Below, piece by piece: positions 40,757 through 49,758 of a DNA stretch of 64,000 nucleotides; the stretch's first letter is position 1; each line of letters begins with the position of its first letter. This DNA comes from an uncultured candidate division Zixibacteria bacterium. Its GTDB lineage: Bacteria; Zixibacteria; MSB-5A5; UBA10806. The stretch is from NCBI GenBank assembly GCA_963817915.1, contig CAWFQL010000011.1:64001-128000 (forward strand). The letters are read 5' to 3'. The notes below the pieces were generated by a model. The model was not told the origin of the DNA and searched no databases. It saw nothing but the letters and a program-made list of their open reading frames with translations. A program made the position numbers and the translations under genes.

Positions 40757-42781
40757 ATGAAACGAATGATAATTGCTGCGGCAATAATCTTAATGACAGG
40801 GTTATCCTACGCTCAGAATGTCGATTTTCTGTCTTCAACTGCATGGACCGAAGCCAAAGACGTTCGAGTGGCCGGTAATTATGCCTATGTCACTTTCTTC
40901 TCCGGGCTGGGCATATTTAATGTCACCGATCTCGCCCATCCGGTTCTGATTTCCACTATCGGTTTTAGATTCAACGCTCTAAGTATGGATATGGTTGGGA
41001 ATTATCTTTATATAGCAAGTGAAGAAGATGGGCTTAAGATAATTAACGTGACAAATCCTTATACTCCGATACTCGTAGTATCTCGCCCGATCGGGGTCAA
41101 TATCGAAGCCGTTGATGTTTCGGTTTCCGGCAATTATGCCTATATCGCGGCCTTGGCCAACGGAATGTATATTATGGATATTTCCAATCCTGCGTCTCCT
41201 GCCGTGGTTATGCGCTATGATACCCCGGGAGAAACCTGGGGAGTGAAGATTGTCGGCAGCTACGCCTATCTGGCCGATGGCGACAGCCTGCAGATAATTA
41301 ATGTTTTCGATCCGTTGACCCCATTCAGGATTGGCGCGTACGGCAGTGGCGGCTACGCTGTGTCCGTAGCAATACAAAATACTTATGCCTATTTATCGGA
41401 TACATTCAATGGAATGACGATTGTCAATATTAGCAATCCGACCAATCCGAGCTTTGTGGGAAGATATCTCAATCCCCTGGGCGCGTTTGTTAATAAGGTG
41501 CGTGTATCTTCGAATTTCGCGTATCTCGCGGACTATTCCAATGGACTTGAAGTTGTAAGCATCACAAATCCCGGAAGTCCATTTCTATTGGGATCGTATC
41601 TGACTCCGGGTACCGCACGATCTTTATGGATCAATCAAAATTACGCGTTTGTTGCGGATGGCCAGGCTGGCATGGAAATATATAATGTTAATGATCCTTC
41701 CATTCCCATACCATCGGGCAACTTCGAAACATCGTATGTTAAAAAATGCGAAGTATCGGGCAATTACGCCTATTTGGCCACCTGGTCGACCGGCCTGCAA
41801 GTTATTAATATTCAAAACCCCGAGGCTCCCATCTGGTTGGGCTCCGCGAATACGCCCGGAATGGCCGAGGATGTCAAGGTTGTCGGTAATTACGCATTTA
41901 TCGCGGATCGTCAAAATGGCCTGATATCAATTAATGTATCCAATCCTGCCAGTCCTGTAGTGACGGATAATTATGATACCCCTGGATTTGCCAAATCAAT
42001 TGCCATTTACGGAACCTATTGTTATATAGCGGATTACACTTCTATTCAAATTGTCAATATAGGTAATCCGGGGAATCTGGCCGCGGCTGGAAGTTTTGTG
42101 ACTGCCGGCAATCCTGAAGACGTATTTGTCTCAGGAAGTAAACTATTTATCGCGACGTTGAGCGGTGGATGCCTGATTTATAATCTAACTGATCCTATAG
42201 CGCCCGTACTCGAAGGAACTTATACGTCGTCCGGAAATGTAACGGCAGTTGTCGCCGACGGCAATTACGCATATCTCGCTGATGACGTCATTGGAGTTGT
42301 GATAATCAACGTGTTTAACCCGACTACGCCGTTTCTGGCTTCAACATATTCTGTCACAGATCAAATTTCCGATATCTATTTTTCATCCAATTTCCTGCAT
42401 ATCGCGCATAGATACGCCGGCTATACCGTAGTTAATGTCGTCAACAAAGAGCATCCGACGAGAAGCGCGGGCTACGATACGCCGGGGATTGCTGTTGGAG
42501 TATTTGTCTATAATGAGATTTCGTATGTCGCGGATTACTATTCGTTAAACTTGCTTTTCTTCCAGGATTTCAGCCCCGGCGATGCCAATGCCGATGGTCA
42601 GGTTAACGGTCTCGATGTTGTCTATATGGTTAATTACCTAAGAGGCGATTTGCCCGCCCCAGATCCGATCTTAAGAGGAGATGCTAACGGCGATTGTCAT
42701 ACAAATGGGCTTGACGTGACATATTTGGTTAATTATTTAAGGGGCACAGGTTCAGCGCCATTACGCGGCGATTGTCGTTAA
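40757..42781 (+). CDS. Secreted LVIVD-repeat beta-propeller protein with C-terminal type I dockerin
   Basis: About 14 repeats of V.VSGNYAY.A....GL.I.NISNP..P; two dockerin repeats GDANADGQVNGLDVVYMVNYL and GDANGDCHTNGLDVTYLVNYL. Confidence 0.9.
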   Translation: MKRMIIAAAIILMTGLSYAQNVDFLSSTAWTEAKDVRVAGNYAYVTFFSGLGIFNVTDLAHPVLISTIGFRFNALSMDMVGNYLYIASEEDGLKIINVTNPYTPILVVSRPIGVNIEAVDVSVSGNYAYIAALANGMYIMDISNPASPAVVMRYDTPGETWGVKIVGSYAYLADGDSLQIINVFDPLTPFRIGAYGSGGYAVSVAIQNTYAYLSDTFNGMTIVNISNPTNPSFVGRYLNPLGAFVNKVRVSSNFAYLADYSNGLEVVSITNPGSPFLLGSYLTPGTARSLWINQNYAFVADGQAGMEIYNVNDPSIPIPSGNFETSYVKKCEVSGNYAYLATWSTGLQVINIQNPEAPIWLGSANTPGMAEDVKVVGNYAFIADRQNGLISINVSNPASPVVTDNYDTPGFAKSIAIYGTYCYIADYTSIQIVNIGNPGNLAAAGSFVTAGNPEDVFVSGSKLFIATLSGGCLIYNLTDPIAPVLEGTYTSSGNVTAVVADGNYAYLADDVIGVVIINVFNPTTPFLASTYSVTDQISDIYFSSNFLHIAHRYAGYTVVNVVNKEHPTRSAGYDTPGIAVGVFVYNEISYVADYYSLNLLFFQDFSPGDANADGQVNGLDVVYMVNYLRGDLPAPDPILRGDANGDCHTNGLDVTYLVNYLRGTGSAPLRGDCR

Positions 42782-42799
42782 TTTTTGTAAGGAGGATGA

Positions 42800-43351
42800 T
42801 TGAAGAAGTTAGTCGCATTATCAGTTATTTTTATGCTATGGGCTAATATTGTCTATGCTCAGAGTGATTCAGCTAAGAAGAAAGAGAATACCTGCTATAT
42901 TGAAAATGTCACCGCCAAGAAGGGGACATCGTTCCCCGTGAAGGTATTCGTAAACAATGTCGACACGCTTGCCGGCATGCAGGTGCCATTGAAATATATG
43001 TCCGAGACTGTGGATCTAAAATGTGATTCAGTATCATTCGCCGGTTCGCGATGCTCGTATTTTGCGCTTTCGTTCCCGATAATTGAACCAATCGGGAAAG
43101 TTGCCTTCTTCTGCTTCATTAATATGGCCGATACAGCCAAAGAGGTTGCGCCGCTTATGCCCGGTGACGGTCAGGTGGCTACTTTGTGGTTTACAGCGGA
43201 TTCGAAGATCAATGCTGGAAAAGTCGATATCCAGGGCGGACCCAAGATTTTTATTCAGGACGACCGCAGAGATTATAGCTGGTTATTCTGGACCCCCCAG
43301 GCGCAGCAGGTGGTCTGCAGATATATACCGGGCACAATTACGATAGAATAA
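42800..43351 (+). CDS. Secreted stand-alone cohesin-like domain protein
   Basis: Signal peptide; VTAKKGTSFPVKVFVNN..TLAGMQVPLKY...DSVSF.GSR...PGDGQVATLWF...YIPGTITI; directly follows the dockerin gene. Confidence 0.7.
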   Translation: MKKLVALSVIFMLWANIVYAQSDSAKKKENTCYIENVTAKKGTSFPVKVFVNNVDTLAGMQVPLKYMSETVDLKCDSVSFAGSRCSYFALSFPIIEPIGKVAFFCFINMADTAKEVAPLMPGDGQVATLWFTADSKINAGKVDIQGGPKIFIQDDRRDYSWLFWTPQAQQVVCRYIPGTITIE

Positions 43352-43373
43352 TTCAAAGACAATAGCAATTTAT

Positions 43374-43401
43374 GGGGCGCATCCGATGCGCCCTTTTTTT
43401 T
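43374..43401 (+). terminator. Intrinsic terminator
   Basis: GGGCGCATC-C-GATGCGCCC followed by T8. Confidence 0.8.
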
Positions 43402-43414
43402 AGCTGGGTAATAA

Positions 43415-44155
43415 TTACTTTCTAATGAAAATATATGCGATCGCAATAGCGTCCTGCAAAAAATGGGCGAGTATCCCGGGATAAACACTCCTGCGTACAA
43501 TGAATAAACCCGCAAAGAGCAACCCGTATACGAATGTCAACGCCACCCCGGCGGCCCCTTGATACATATGGCCAGTGCTAAATGCCGCCGCCCCAAGTAC
43601 GGCGCCTACCCATTCATTACCTGTGAGGATTCGAATCCTCGTAATTACATACCCTCTAAAGCAAAACTCCTCCGAGAAAGCGGCCCCAAGTGATATTAAA
43701 AGCCAGACGATTCCCTCTGGGATTGTCGAGGGGAGTATGTGCGAAATATCCTTGTCGGGAAGCAGGCCGGAATGGATTATCGCATTGCGCAAGAAGGCCA
43801 TTGAAATGCCCGCGCCTAAGAAAAATATCAGTCCGGATATGGAATTGGATTTGTTCACATCGCTTTTTTCAAACCCTATTTCGCTGATTCGAGAATTTGT
43901 TTTATTCAGAACCAGGATGATTAATAATAAGGTTATCATCTGGATCAGCATTACAGGGAGGTAGATCTGCTCGATTTTGGAGACTATCTCTTTGGGATCA
44001 GTCGATCCGACAAGGTTCAGCGCGGCACTCAGCAACGGATACCCTATGAGAATTCCGAGAAGGAGGTATGCTTGGGCGGGTGGAAGACTCCGGCCGGGTT
44101 TTTCAATATTCTCGGATTTCATTTCATCCATATTTTCATTATAGTAATAAATCAT
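43415..44155 (-). CDS. CPBP (CAAX/Abi) intramembrane glutamic endopeptidase
   Basis: EEFCFRG, FSTGHMYQG, AHFLQD motifs; multi-TM; start may be 44131. Confidence 0.9.
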   Translation of the reverse strand: MIYYYNENMDEMKSENIEKPGRSLPPAQAYLLLGILIGYPLLSAALNLVGSTDPKEIVSKIEQIYLPVMLIQMITLLLIILVLNKTNSRISEIGFEKSDVNKSNSISGLIFFLGAGISMAFLRNAIIHSGLLPDKDISHILPSTIPEGIVWLLISLGAAFSEEFCFRGYVITRIRILTGNEWVGAVLGAAAFSTGHMYQGAAGVALTFVYGLLFAGLFIVRRSVYPGILAHFLQDAIAIAYIFIRK

Positions 44156-44203
44156 TGATTATAAAAGCGATTCCATCCTGCCGTTGAATTTATATCCCGG
44201 AAT

Positions 44204-44233
44204 AAAAAAGCCGCCTATTAAAGCATAAGCGGC
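44204..44233 (-). terminator. Intrinsic terminator
   Basis: Minus strand GCCGCTTA...TAGGCGGC-TTTTTT after the TPR gene. Confidence 0.65.
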
Positions 44234-44259
44234 GTAAATTTCAAATTAAATATACGCTT

Positions 44260-46314
44260 CTATTCATCTACTCCGAGTGCCGTTAAAACCTGCTGCCATT
44301 CGGGGTCTTTCTTGAATTCGAGTCTTGTTGAATAGCTGGCGATATCTTTGAATTTCTCATATGATTTCTTGGAGTTTTTCTTGTCGCCCATCGAGTAGTA
44401 AGCCTTGGCAAGGTATACCTGGGCTTTGGGATCGGCAAAATTTATTTCCTCTGCAGCCTTGAAGGCTTTGATAGCTTCAGGATAATTTTTTTGTTTCAAA
44501 AATGAGTTTCCTAATTTGTAATAGGCGCCCAAATTTTTGTTATCGATTTCAATAACTTTGGAAAAATCCGCGATTGCCTGCTCATATTGTCCGAGGGCGT
44601 AATAAATATCCCCTCTCGAGTAATAAGCCGTAAATGTATTTGGGTTGGCATTGATGACTCCGGTCAGAGCTTCTACCTGAGATTCGGAATCTCCTTTGTC
44701 GGCAGCTATCTTGGCTGCCTGCATGTAAAATGCTGTTGCCTGATCGTGCGAACCCGATAGCTGGAAGCATCTGGCTTTGCCGAGCAGCGCCCCGATATCG
44801 CGGGAATTTTTGTTTAGGACCAAATCATAATATTTGATCGCCAAATTGTAATTGCCCGTAGATTCATTCTCCAATGCCATTTCAGCATAACTCTTGGTTT
44901 TTGACGATTCCTGTCTGGCTTCAGAAAGTTTTATTTTTAGCGAAACCACGCCGTCTTGCTCGATTGTCACATTGCGGGTTTCATCCTGATAGCCTTGTTT
45001 CTTTACGGTCATAGAATATGTTCCGGGCTCGACCTTATATGTATTCGAGCCAATTCCAACCGGCTTGCCATCAAGGTAGACTGCCGCTGATGACGGCTCT
45101 AAATTTAGTTTTAGCGAACCATATGAAGTCTCGGTTTTGATCGCTTTTCTTTGCTCAGGGAGAGTAGATAATCTGTCATCTGAGGGCACGTTATTCGATC
45201 CAATGGGCCGTTCTTTGAGAGCCAGGGTGCTGATCTGATCTTTTAGTACCGTCATTTTCTCTTGAATAACGATCGCGCCATCCTTAACAACCTGTAAAGT
45301 ATATAGCCCCGGCGGCACTTGATCGAATACGAAAAACCCCGCTTGATTGGTCAATGTCTGTTTTCCCAATTCGGGTATTTTTACTATCTGGCCGTTGGAA
45401 GGATGATTATCAGAACCTCCCATTACGGTGCCAACCAATTGACCGTTGCTGCTTGTCCCACCCGCGGAAAAAAGCAATATTAACGCTATAATGAATAATA
45501 CCCCTCCGCCAATGCCGAAATAGAGTCCGGTTTTGGTCTTTGGTCTGGCTTTCACTTCAAATGATTTGTTGTTAATCAATATTTCATCGCCCAATGAAAT
45601 CTTAAGGCCCCCTGCTAGAATCAGACTATTACCTTCCAGATAGATCACTCCTTTTGACTGCCTTAATGTTGAATTGAATGACGATTGCTGAGTAGCTTCC
45701 CTGATTTCCTTTTTTGTCTCATTTTGTCCCAATATTGCGGATGTTTTTTGAGGCGTTTCCAATATTTGGGTTTCGGTATTTCGCTGGTCAGATGAATTTA
45801 TCTGGGATGACGGGATATCGCTTTCAATGGGTGAGGCCGGCATCGTAGTCTGCCGAGCGGTCTCATCGAAATTGCTTTTTGCTGGCGTGGATGGTTCGGA
45901 TATTATCGAGGTCTGGCTTGAATCAAAATCCTCTAATGCTATTTTCGATCCGGATACGCCTTCCGTGATTGTCATTTTGATATTTTCATCGCGATACAAT
46001 GTCAATTCGTTCTCAATCGGCTCTGGTTCGATTTTCTCCCCAGTCTCGTGTTCGGGCTTGGACGTCTCATCGTTTTTCCTGCCCATCACATAATCCATTG
46101 GATCAGATACTCCGATTTCGAGTTCATCACTGTCCTCGACAGAAGTGGATAGCTTGGGGATATTTTTATCTAATTGCGGGGAAGTCCCCGGAATATTTTC
46201 ATTACGTTTTTCATTTGCCGGCGTTTCTGTTTCCAGTTTCAAGGGCTGCTGGCAATTTTTACAAAACATGGCTCCGGCAAAATGATTTTCGGCACCGCAA
46301 TTATTGCATTTCAT
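44260..46314 (-). CDS. Membrane protein: zinc ribbon, low-complexity linker, TM, Ig/PEGA domains and TPR repeats
   Basis: MKCNNCG...FCKNC; AVYLDGKPVG..KVEPGTY...KQGY (PEGA); AYYSRG...AIADFSKVIE (TPR); GGAGG RBS before 46314. Confidence 0.85.
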   Translation of the reverse strand: MKCNNCGAENHFAGAMFCKNCQQPLKLETETPANEKRNENIPGTSPQLDKNIPKLSTSVEDSDELEIGVSDPMDYVMGRKNDETSKPEHETGEKIEPEPIENELTLYRDENIKMTITEGVSGSKIALEDFDSSQTSIISEPSTPAKSNFDETARQTTMPASPIESDIPSSQINSSDQRNTETQILETPQKTSAILGQNETKKEIREATQQSSFNSTLRQSKGVIYLEGNSLILAGGLKISLGDEILINNKSFEVKARPKTKTGLYFGIGGGVLFIIALILLFSAGGTSSNGQLVGTVMGGSDNHPSNGQIVKIPELGKQTLTNQAGFFVFDQVPPGLYTLQVVKDGAIVIQEKMTVLKDQISTLALKERPIGSNNVPSDDRLSTLPEQRKAIKTETSYGSLKLNLEPSSAAVYLDGKPVGIGSNTYKVEPGTYSMTVKKQGYQDETRNVTIEQDGVVSLKIKLSEARQESSKTKSYAEMALENESTGNYNLAIKYYDLVLNKNSRDIGALLGKARCFQLSGSHDQATAFYMQAAKIAADKGDSESQVEALTGVINANPNTFTAYYSRGDIYYALGQYEQAIADFSKVIEIDNKNLGAYYKLGNSFLKQKNYPEAIKAFKAAEEINFADPKAQVYLAKAYYSMGDKKNSKKSYEKFKDIASYSTRLEFKKDPEWQQVLTALGVDE

Positions 46315-46467
46315 ATAATCTATCCTCCGGTCTGGTTTACGGACAAAAGTCATTATTTTTATCGGAAGAATTCTCAAACCCTTTACCTAAGTATGTCAAT
46401 TAGCTGGGGTTAAGCTATTGAGGATAAAAGCGAATTTATCATATTCCTTCATTTTAGACCGGCTAAA

Positions 46468-46484
46468 TTGGTATTAATATTGCT
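46468..46484 (+). promoter_or_regulatory. sigma54 (-24/-12) promoter candidate
   Basis: TTGGTATTAATATTGCT (GG-N10-GC). Confidence 0.55.
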
Positions 46485-46592
46485 ATTAATCTAACTATGC
46501 TAAATGGTGAATTAAATCGTATCTTCAACGCCATAATTGCAAATAATACCTTGACTTATAGAGATTTTATGTTAAGTTTAATCGGGCGAAAA

Positions 46593-48131
46593 ATGAAGAT
46601 GTTTGTATTGAAAATCCTTCCGCTCTTCCTGCTATTATTTACTGATAACTATTTTATTTCTATTCCCAAAGATATCAATGAATGCACTATCGGTGTTTTC
46701 TCCGGTCGGGTTACAAGCGACGGCAGACCGCTGTTGTGGAAAAATCGGGATGTAACCAATGCGGTTCAAAAATTCTGCTTTTATCGCAGAAGTCCCGACA
46801 GCCAGGGGACAACCTATGGCTATTTGGGCAATGTTTTTTCATCCGATACCACCAAAGTTTACATGGGACTTAATGAAGCCGGATTCGCGATTATGAATTC
46901 CAATTCATATAATCTTGGCGACTCTGTCAGCAGGGGATATACCGATGGCGATTTAATTCGAATCGCCCTTGAAAGATGCGGCTCTCTTAGCCAATTTGAG
47001 TCCCTATTGACTGAAACAGGAATCGAAGGCAGGAGAGACTGCTGGAATGTCGGTGCGTTCGACGCTTCCGGGAATGTCGCCATGTATGAAGTGGCCAACA
47101 GGAGCTTCGCCAAATTCGATGCCAATGATACGGCCAATGGATGCCCCGGGTATGTCGTAAGGGCAACATTTAGCCTAACCGGCGGCAGCAATCACGATGG
47201 TGAGCCTCGTTTCAAAAGGGCGACACATCTGGTCAATGAGTATTTACAAAGCAGCTTGATCGATGCGAAGTATATTCTGCAAACATTATCCCGCGATCTT
47301 TCAAATCCGCTCGAAAATCCATACCCATTGCCGTATAACGGCTCGCAAAATGGTAAGCCTGCCGGATTTATACTGGCTCGCGATATCACTATCAATCGCA
47401 CTATTACCCGTTCGGTAGCGGTGATGAGAGGCGTATTACCTGGTGAAGACCCTGCGCTGGCGACAATATATGGAGTTATCGGGCCTCCGGTGATCTCAGT
47501 TGCATATCCGATGTGGGTAAAATCAGGGTCTGCACCGTCATTTATAAATGCCGGGAACGAAGTCCCGATGTATAATCAGGTCCAACGCCATATGAGCAGA
47601 TTATATTCGATATCCAATGACAATACTTACCTGGATAGTCGTTACTTGGTAGGCAAAGATGGCATAGGTATGTATTCTTATATTTTACCATTAGAATCCG
47701 CGATTTTGGATCAGGTTGATGAATATTTATCCGACTGGCGGCAGCAGGTTCCGTCTACCGAAGAATTCGCATTTGTCCAACATCAAATGGCAGGTACTAT
47801 TTATAATAGCTATTGCGATATACCTCTCGATTTCCAGAGGATCGTCGAAGAGCCGATGGCAAAGATAGCTTTGAGCTGCTATCCGAATCCATTTAATCAA
47901 AATACGAACATCTCGGTCGCCAATTATGAGGGGGATAACCCCGTGAATATTTCAATCTACAATATCCTCGGCGAAAAAGTAAGACGCTTTGGCCTCAATA
48001 CGAGTACGGATCAGAATATAGCATGGGATGGGAAAGACGATAACGGCAATTCGTTGAGTTCTGGAGTATATCTTATTGTCGCTTCCAATAATATTAGCTC
48101 CAAGTCCATCAAATCGGTATTGCTTAAGTAA
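46593..48131 (+). CDS. Secreted Ntn-hydrolase, peptidase C45-like, with C-terminal YPNPFN/FlgD-Ig sorting domain
   Basis: ECT nucleophile, GRVTSDGRPLLWKNRD, MGLNEAGFAIMNS; YPNPFN...WDGKD..G..LSSGVY. Confidence 0.8.
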   Translation: MKMFVLKILPLFLLLFTDNYFISIPKDINECTIGVFSGRVTSDGRPLLWKNRDVTNAVQKFCFYRRSPDSQGTTYGYLGNVFSSDTTKVYMGLNEAGFAIMNSNSYNLGDSVSRGYTDGDLIRIALERCGSLSQFESLLTETGIEGRRDCWNVGAFDASGNVAMYEVANRSFAKFDANDTANGCPGYVVRATFSLTGGSNHDGEPRFKRATHLVNEYLQSSLIDAKYILQTLSRDLSNPLENPYPLPYNGSQNGKPAGFILARDITINRTITRSVAVMRGVLPGEDPALATIYGVIGPPVISVAYPMWVKSGSAPSFINAGNEVPMYNQVQRHMSRLYSISNDNTYLDSRYLVGKDGIGMYSYILPLESAILDQVDEYLSDWRQQVPSTEEFAFVQHQMAGTIYNSYCDIPLDFQRIVEEPMAKIALSCYPNPFNQNTNISVANYEGDNPVNISIYNILGEKVRRFGLNTSTDQNIAWDGKDDNGNSLSSGVYLIVASNNISSKSIKSVLLK

Positions 48132-48159
48132 GCAGTATCGCGAAAATTTAATTAGATTG

Positions 48160-49746
48160 ATGTTCAAATTGAATAATTGTGATAGCCGCAATTGCCTCAT
48201 TTTGGGGATTGCCTTTTTCGTGGCGCTATTTGTATCAGCATTCAATATCGCTCGATCGGAGAAAAGACTTGGCGAAGATGGAGAATGCACAATAGCGGTT
48301 TTCGGAGGAACATCGACAAGTGATGGCAGACCGATTATTTGGAAAAATCGGGATGTCTATGATCATGATCAAAGATTCATCTATTATTCTTCATACATTA
48401 GAAATGGAATATCCACGATTCCTTTTATCGGCAATGTTTATCGCAGCGACACGACACGGGTGTATATGGGAGCCAATGCCGCCGGTTTTGCGATAATGAA
48501 TTCCGATTCATATAATTTGGATAACTCCAATCCGGGGCCGATCGATGACGGTACATTAATGCGCCTCGCACTGGAAACTTGCGCCTCATTGTCGGATTTT
48601 GAGATGCTTCTTGATTCTACGAACAACATAGGCAGACATTTTTGCTGGAATTTCGGAGTGCTGGATTCAAGCGGAGCATGCGCCCTATACGAATGCTCTG
48701 ATCGGCAATATATTAGATTCAATTCCTTTGACGAATCCAATCCTGTTCCAGGCATCATCGTAAGATCCAATTTTTCTCTCTCGGGCGGCTCTACGCATTC
48801 CGGGCAGAATCGATATGACAATGCGGTCAGGCTATGTCGTGAGAGGCCAAATCCTCCAGGTATCGACGTAGAATTTGTTGCGGGAAGAATGGCCCGCGAC
48901 TTAAATAATAATTTCGACAATCCTTATCCATTGCCGTACCATGGAGTCCAGGCAGGAGGGCCACCAGGATATATCTATGATATAGCCGGCACAATTTCCA
49001 ACCGCTCAACCTCATCAGCAGTCGTGATCAGGGGCGTTCTGCCCGATGAGAACCCATCGATGACAACCATTTTTGCGATCTTGGGGCCGCCAATATTATC
49101 TGTCGCTTTTCCATTATGGGTCGCATCTGGATCCGTGCCTGAATGCCTGTCATTTAGGGATGGGGCATTAATCAACTTTTCAATTTTGCCCCGACGCGAT
49201 ATTTTATACTCAAATAATGACGCCCGCCTATTTCTGAATAGCCAGTATCTATTTGATGATCAAGGCAGGGGAGTCTATTCTTACACATTGCCCCTCGAAC
49301 GATGGGGGATTAATGAATCCACGCGCCTCATAGATGGCTGGCGCAATAATCCGCCGGATGTTGCGGGAATTGGGGCCGAACAAAACAGAATCGCGTCGAT
49401 TATATTTACCGGATATCAATTTGGCACAACCGAATATATTGATGATTACGATAATCAGCCGATTTCATCCAGATCTACCGCAATTCTTGTCAATTATCCG
49501 AATCCATTCAATGATAAGACCACAATTTATTTTAGTGATCCGGGCAACCTTCAGTCCCCTACGGTTAATATTTATGATATGCTCGGACGTTTTGTGAGGC
49601 GATTGAAATGCAATGCTATCAACGCCGGTTCTGTCGAATGGGACGGTAACGATGAAATGGGTAATTGCATTGGCTCTGGAATATACTTATATTCCATAGA
49701 TGCCGAGCAACGACGAATTTCGAATAAAATGATTTTACTTAAATAA
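48160..49746 (+). CDS. Second C45-like Ntn-hydrolase paralogue with sorting domain
   Basis: ECT, SDGRPIIWKNRD, MGANAAGFAIMNS, NPYPLPY shared with the upstream paralogue; YPNPFN tail. Confidence 0.8.
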   Translation: MFKLNNCDSRNCLILGIAFFVALFVSAFNIARSEKRLGEDGECTIAVFGGTSTSDGRPIIWKNRDVYDHDQRFIYYSSYIRNGISTIPFIGNVYRSDTTRVYMGANAAGFAIMNSDSYNLDNSNPGPIDDGTLMRLALETCASLSDFEMLLDSTNNIGRHFCWNFGVLDSSGACALYECSDRQYIRFNSFDESNPVPGIIVRSNFSLSGGSTHSGQNRYDNAVRLCRERPNPPGIDVEFVAGRMARDLNNNFDNPYPLPYHGVQAGGPPGYIYDIAGTISNRSTSSAVVIRGVLPDENPSMTTIFAILGPPILSVAFPLWVASGSVPECLSFRDGALINFSILPRRDILYSNNDARLFLNSQYLFDDQGRGVYSYTLPLERWGINESTRLIDGWRNNPPDVAGIGAEQNRIASIIFTGYQFGTTEYIDDYDNQPISSRSTAILVNYPNPFNDKTTIYFSDPGNLQSPTVNIYDMLGRFVRRLKCNAINAGSVEWDGNDEMGNCIGSGIYLYSIDAEQRRISNKMILLK

Positions 49747-49758
49747 GGAGTCGATTTT

